From positions 3,601 through 67,600 of the forward strand of contig SFNQ01000020.1 of assembly GCA_004554165.1 (NCBI GenBank): a stretch of DNA of 64,000 nucleotides. Direction: 5' to 3'. Below the pieces are notes generated by a model. That model did not search any database. It saw only the letters and a list, made by a program, of their open reading frames with translations, and had not been told where the DNA came from. The stretch is from Clostridiales bacterium. Lineage in GTDB: Bacteria > Bacillota > Clostridia > Christensenellales > CAG-138. The first letter of the stretch is position 1. Every line of letters starts with the position of its first letter. Made by a program: the position numbers and the translations under genes. Below, in pieces: positions 63,643 to 64,000 of this stretch.

Positions 63643-64000
63643 TATAAGGTGTTCTTATACAACACGCCGTCCTTCATAATCACTCTCATATTCTCCTTGT
63701 CCGTCAGAACGTCCAAATCCTCCAGCGGGTTCCCCTCCAGAATCAAAAGATCCGCGAACGCTCCTTCTTCTAGCAGGCCAACCTTTCCCTGGGGGTAGGG
63801 GTTGCGGTAAGTACACAGTTCAAACAGATCGTGCGCACGGCCGGTAGCGCTGCGCAGGCCCACAAAGTTGCCGAACCGTTTCTTATATGCAGAAAAATCC
63901 TTGAGCTGGTGCTCTTCGCAAAAGTACTTGTTTGTGGCCATATCCGTTCCAAAGACCATGTTGAGGCCGTACTTTATGATGAGTTCCGTCTGCTGTTCAA
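63642..64000 (-). CDS. Amidohydrolase-family protein, C-terminal part (5' end beyond the right window edge)
   Basis: The frame stays open to position 64000 (...EQQTELIIKYGLNMVFGTDM...). GKVGLLEEGAFADLLILEGNPLEDL and VIMKDGVLYK are typical amidohydrolase C-termini. Confidence 0.7.
   Translation of the reverse strand, partial: EQQTELIIKYGLNMVFGTDMATNKYFCEEHQLKDFSAYKKRFGNFVGLRSATGRAHDLFELCTYRNPYPQGKVGLLEEGAFADLLILEGNPLEDLDVLTDKENMRVIMKDGVLYKNTL

Noticed and set aside
1-64000. Mobile elements, prophage genes, defence systems, tRNA/rRNA genes
   Set aside because: None of the translations shows a transposase, integrase, recombinase, restriction, Cas or toxin-antitoxin signature. No tRNA-like or rRNA-like sequence was spotted by eye. 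A tRNAscan/Infernal run would be needed to exclude small RNAs formally.

Overview
This is a 64-kb chromosomal segment from a high-GC, Gram-positive-type anaerobe. It fits best with a spore-forming gut Clostridia lineage: GGAGG-type Shine-Dalgarno sites, cdaA-cdaR, a stand-alone Spo0A C-domain protein, CotH, and a bile-salt hydrolase with Cys2. I call 56 protein-coding genes. They are packed into operons with frequent 1-14 nt start/stop overlaps, and there are several sigma-A-like promoters and rho-independent terminators. I recognised no rRNA, tRNA, CRISPR array, transposase, integrase or phage gene. Gene content, left to right: (1) PFK (truncated), ApbE, a Spo0A-C protein, a CXXC-less TlpA-like lipoprotein, a DUF362 ferredoxin, DUF421 and a homocysteine methyltransferase. 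(2) Two tandem membrane-anchored beta-propeller paralogs, then FAD oxidoreductase/cdaR/cdaA and NadE. (3) A MacB-type ABC exporter with a coiled-coil partner, and a CNNM/CorC protein. (4) A 7-gene operon: lipoprotein, VTC, DUF4956, CotH, GH-like, HEAT, GT2. (5) A bile-salt hydrolase and an orphan isochorismate synthase. (6) A 6-gene FecCD-type ABC / methyltransferase / XdhC / THEP1-NTPase operon. (7) A BMP nucleoside ABC importer with a CodA-like deaminase and an IclR regulator. (8) A HAD-SBP-YesM-YesN sensing operon, divergent from an atypical ABC importer whose ATPase carries a ~120-aa insertion. (9) Two 39-nt palindromes exactly 200 bp apart, followed by a lower-GC operon (amidohydrolase, YhaM-like desulfidase, URO-D family, cupin-like). 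The best candidates for undescribed biology are the VTC/DUF4956/CotH/GT2 operon (24.5-33.1 kb) and the ABC/XdhC/NTPase operon (36.6-42.1 kb). All family assignments were made by eye from motifs in the supplied translations, and none was verified by a database search. Many starts in the ORF track are longest-ORF artefacts and were trimmed using SD sites. The long ORFs antisense to real genes are GC-driven shadows.
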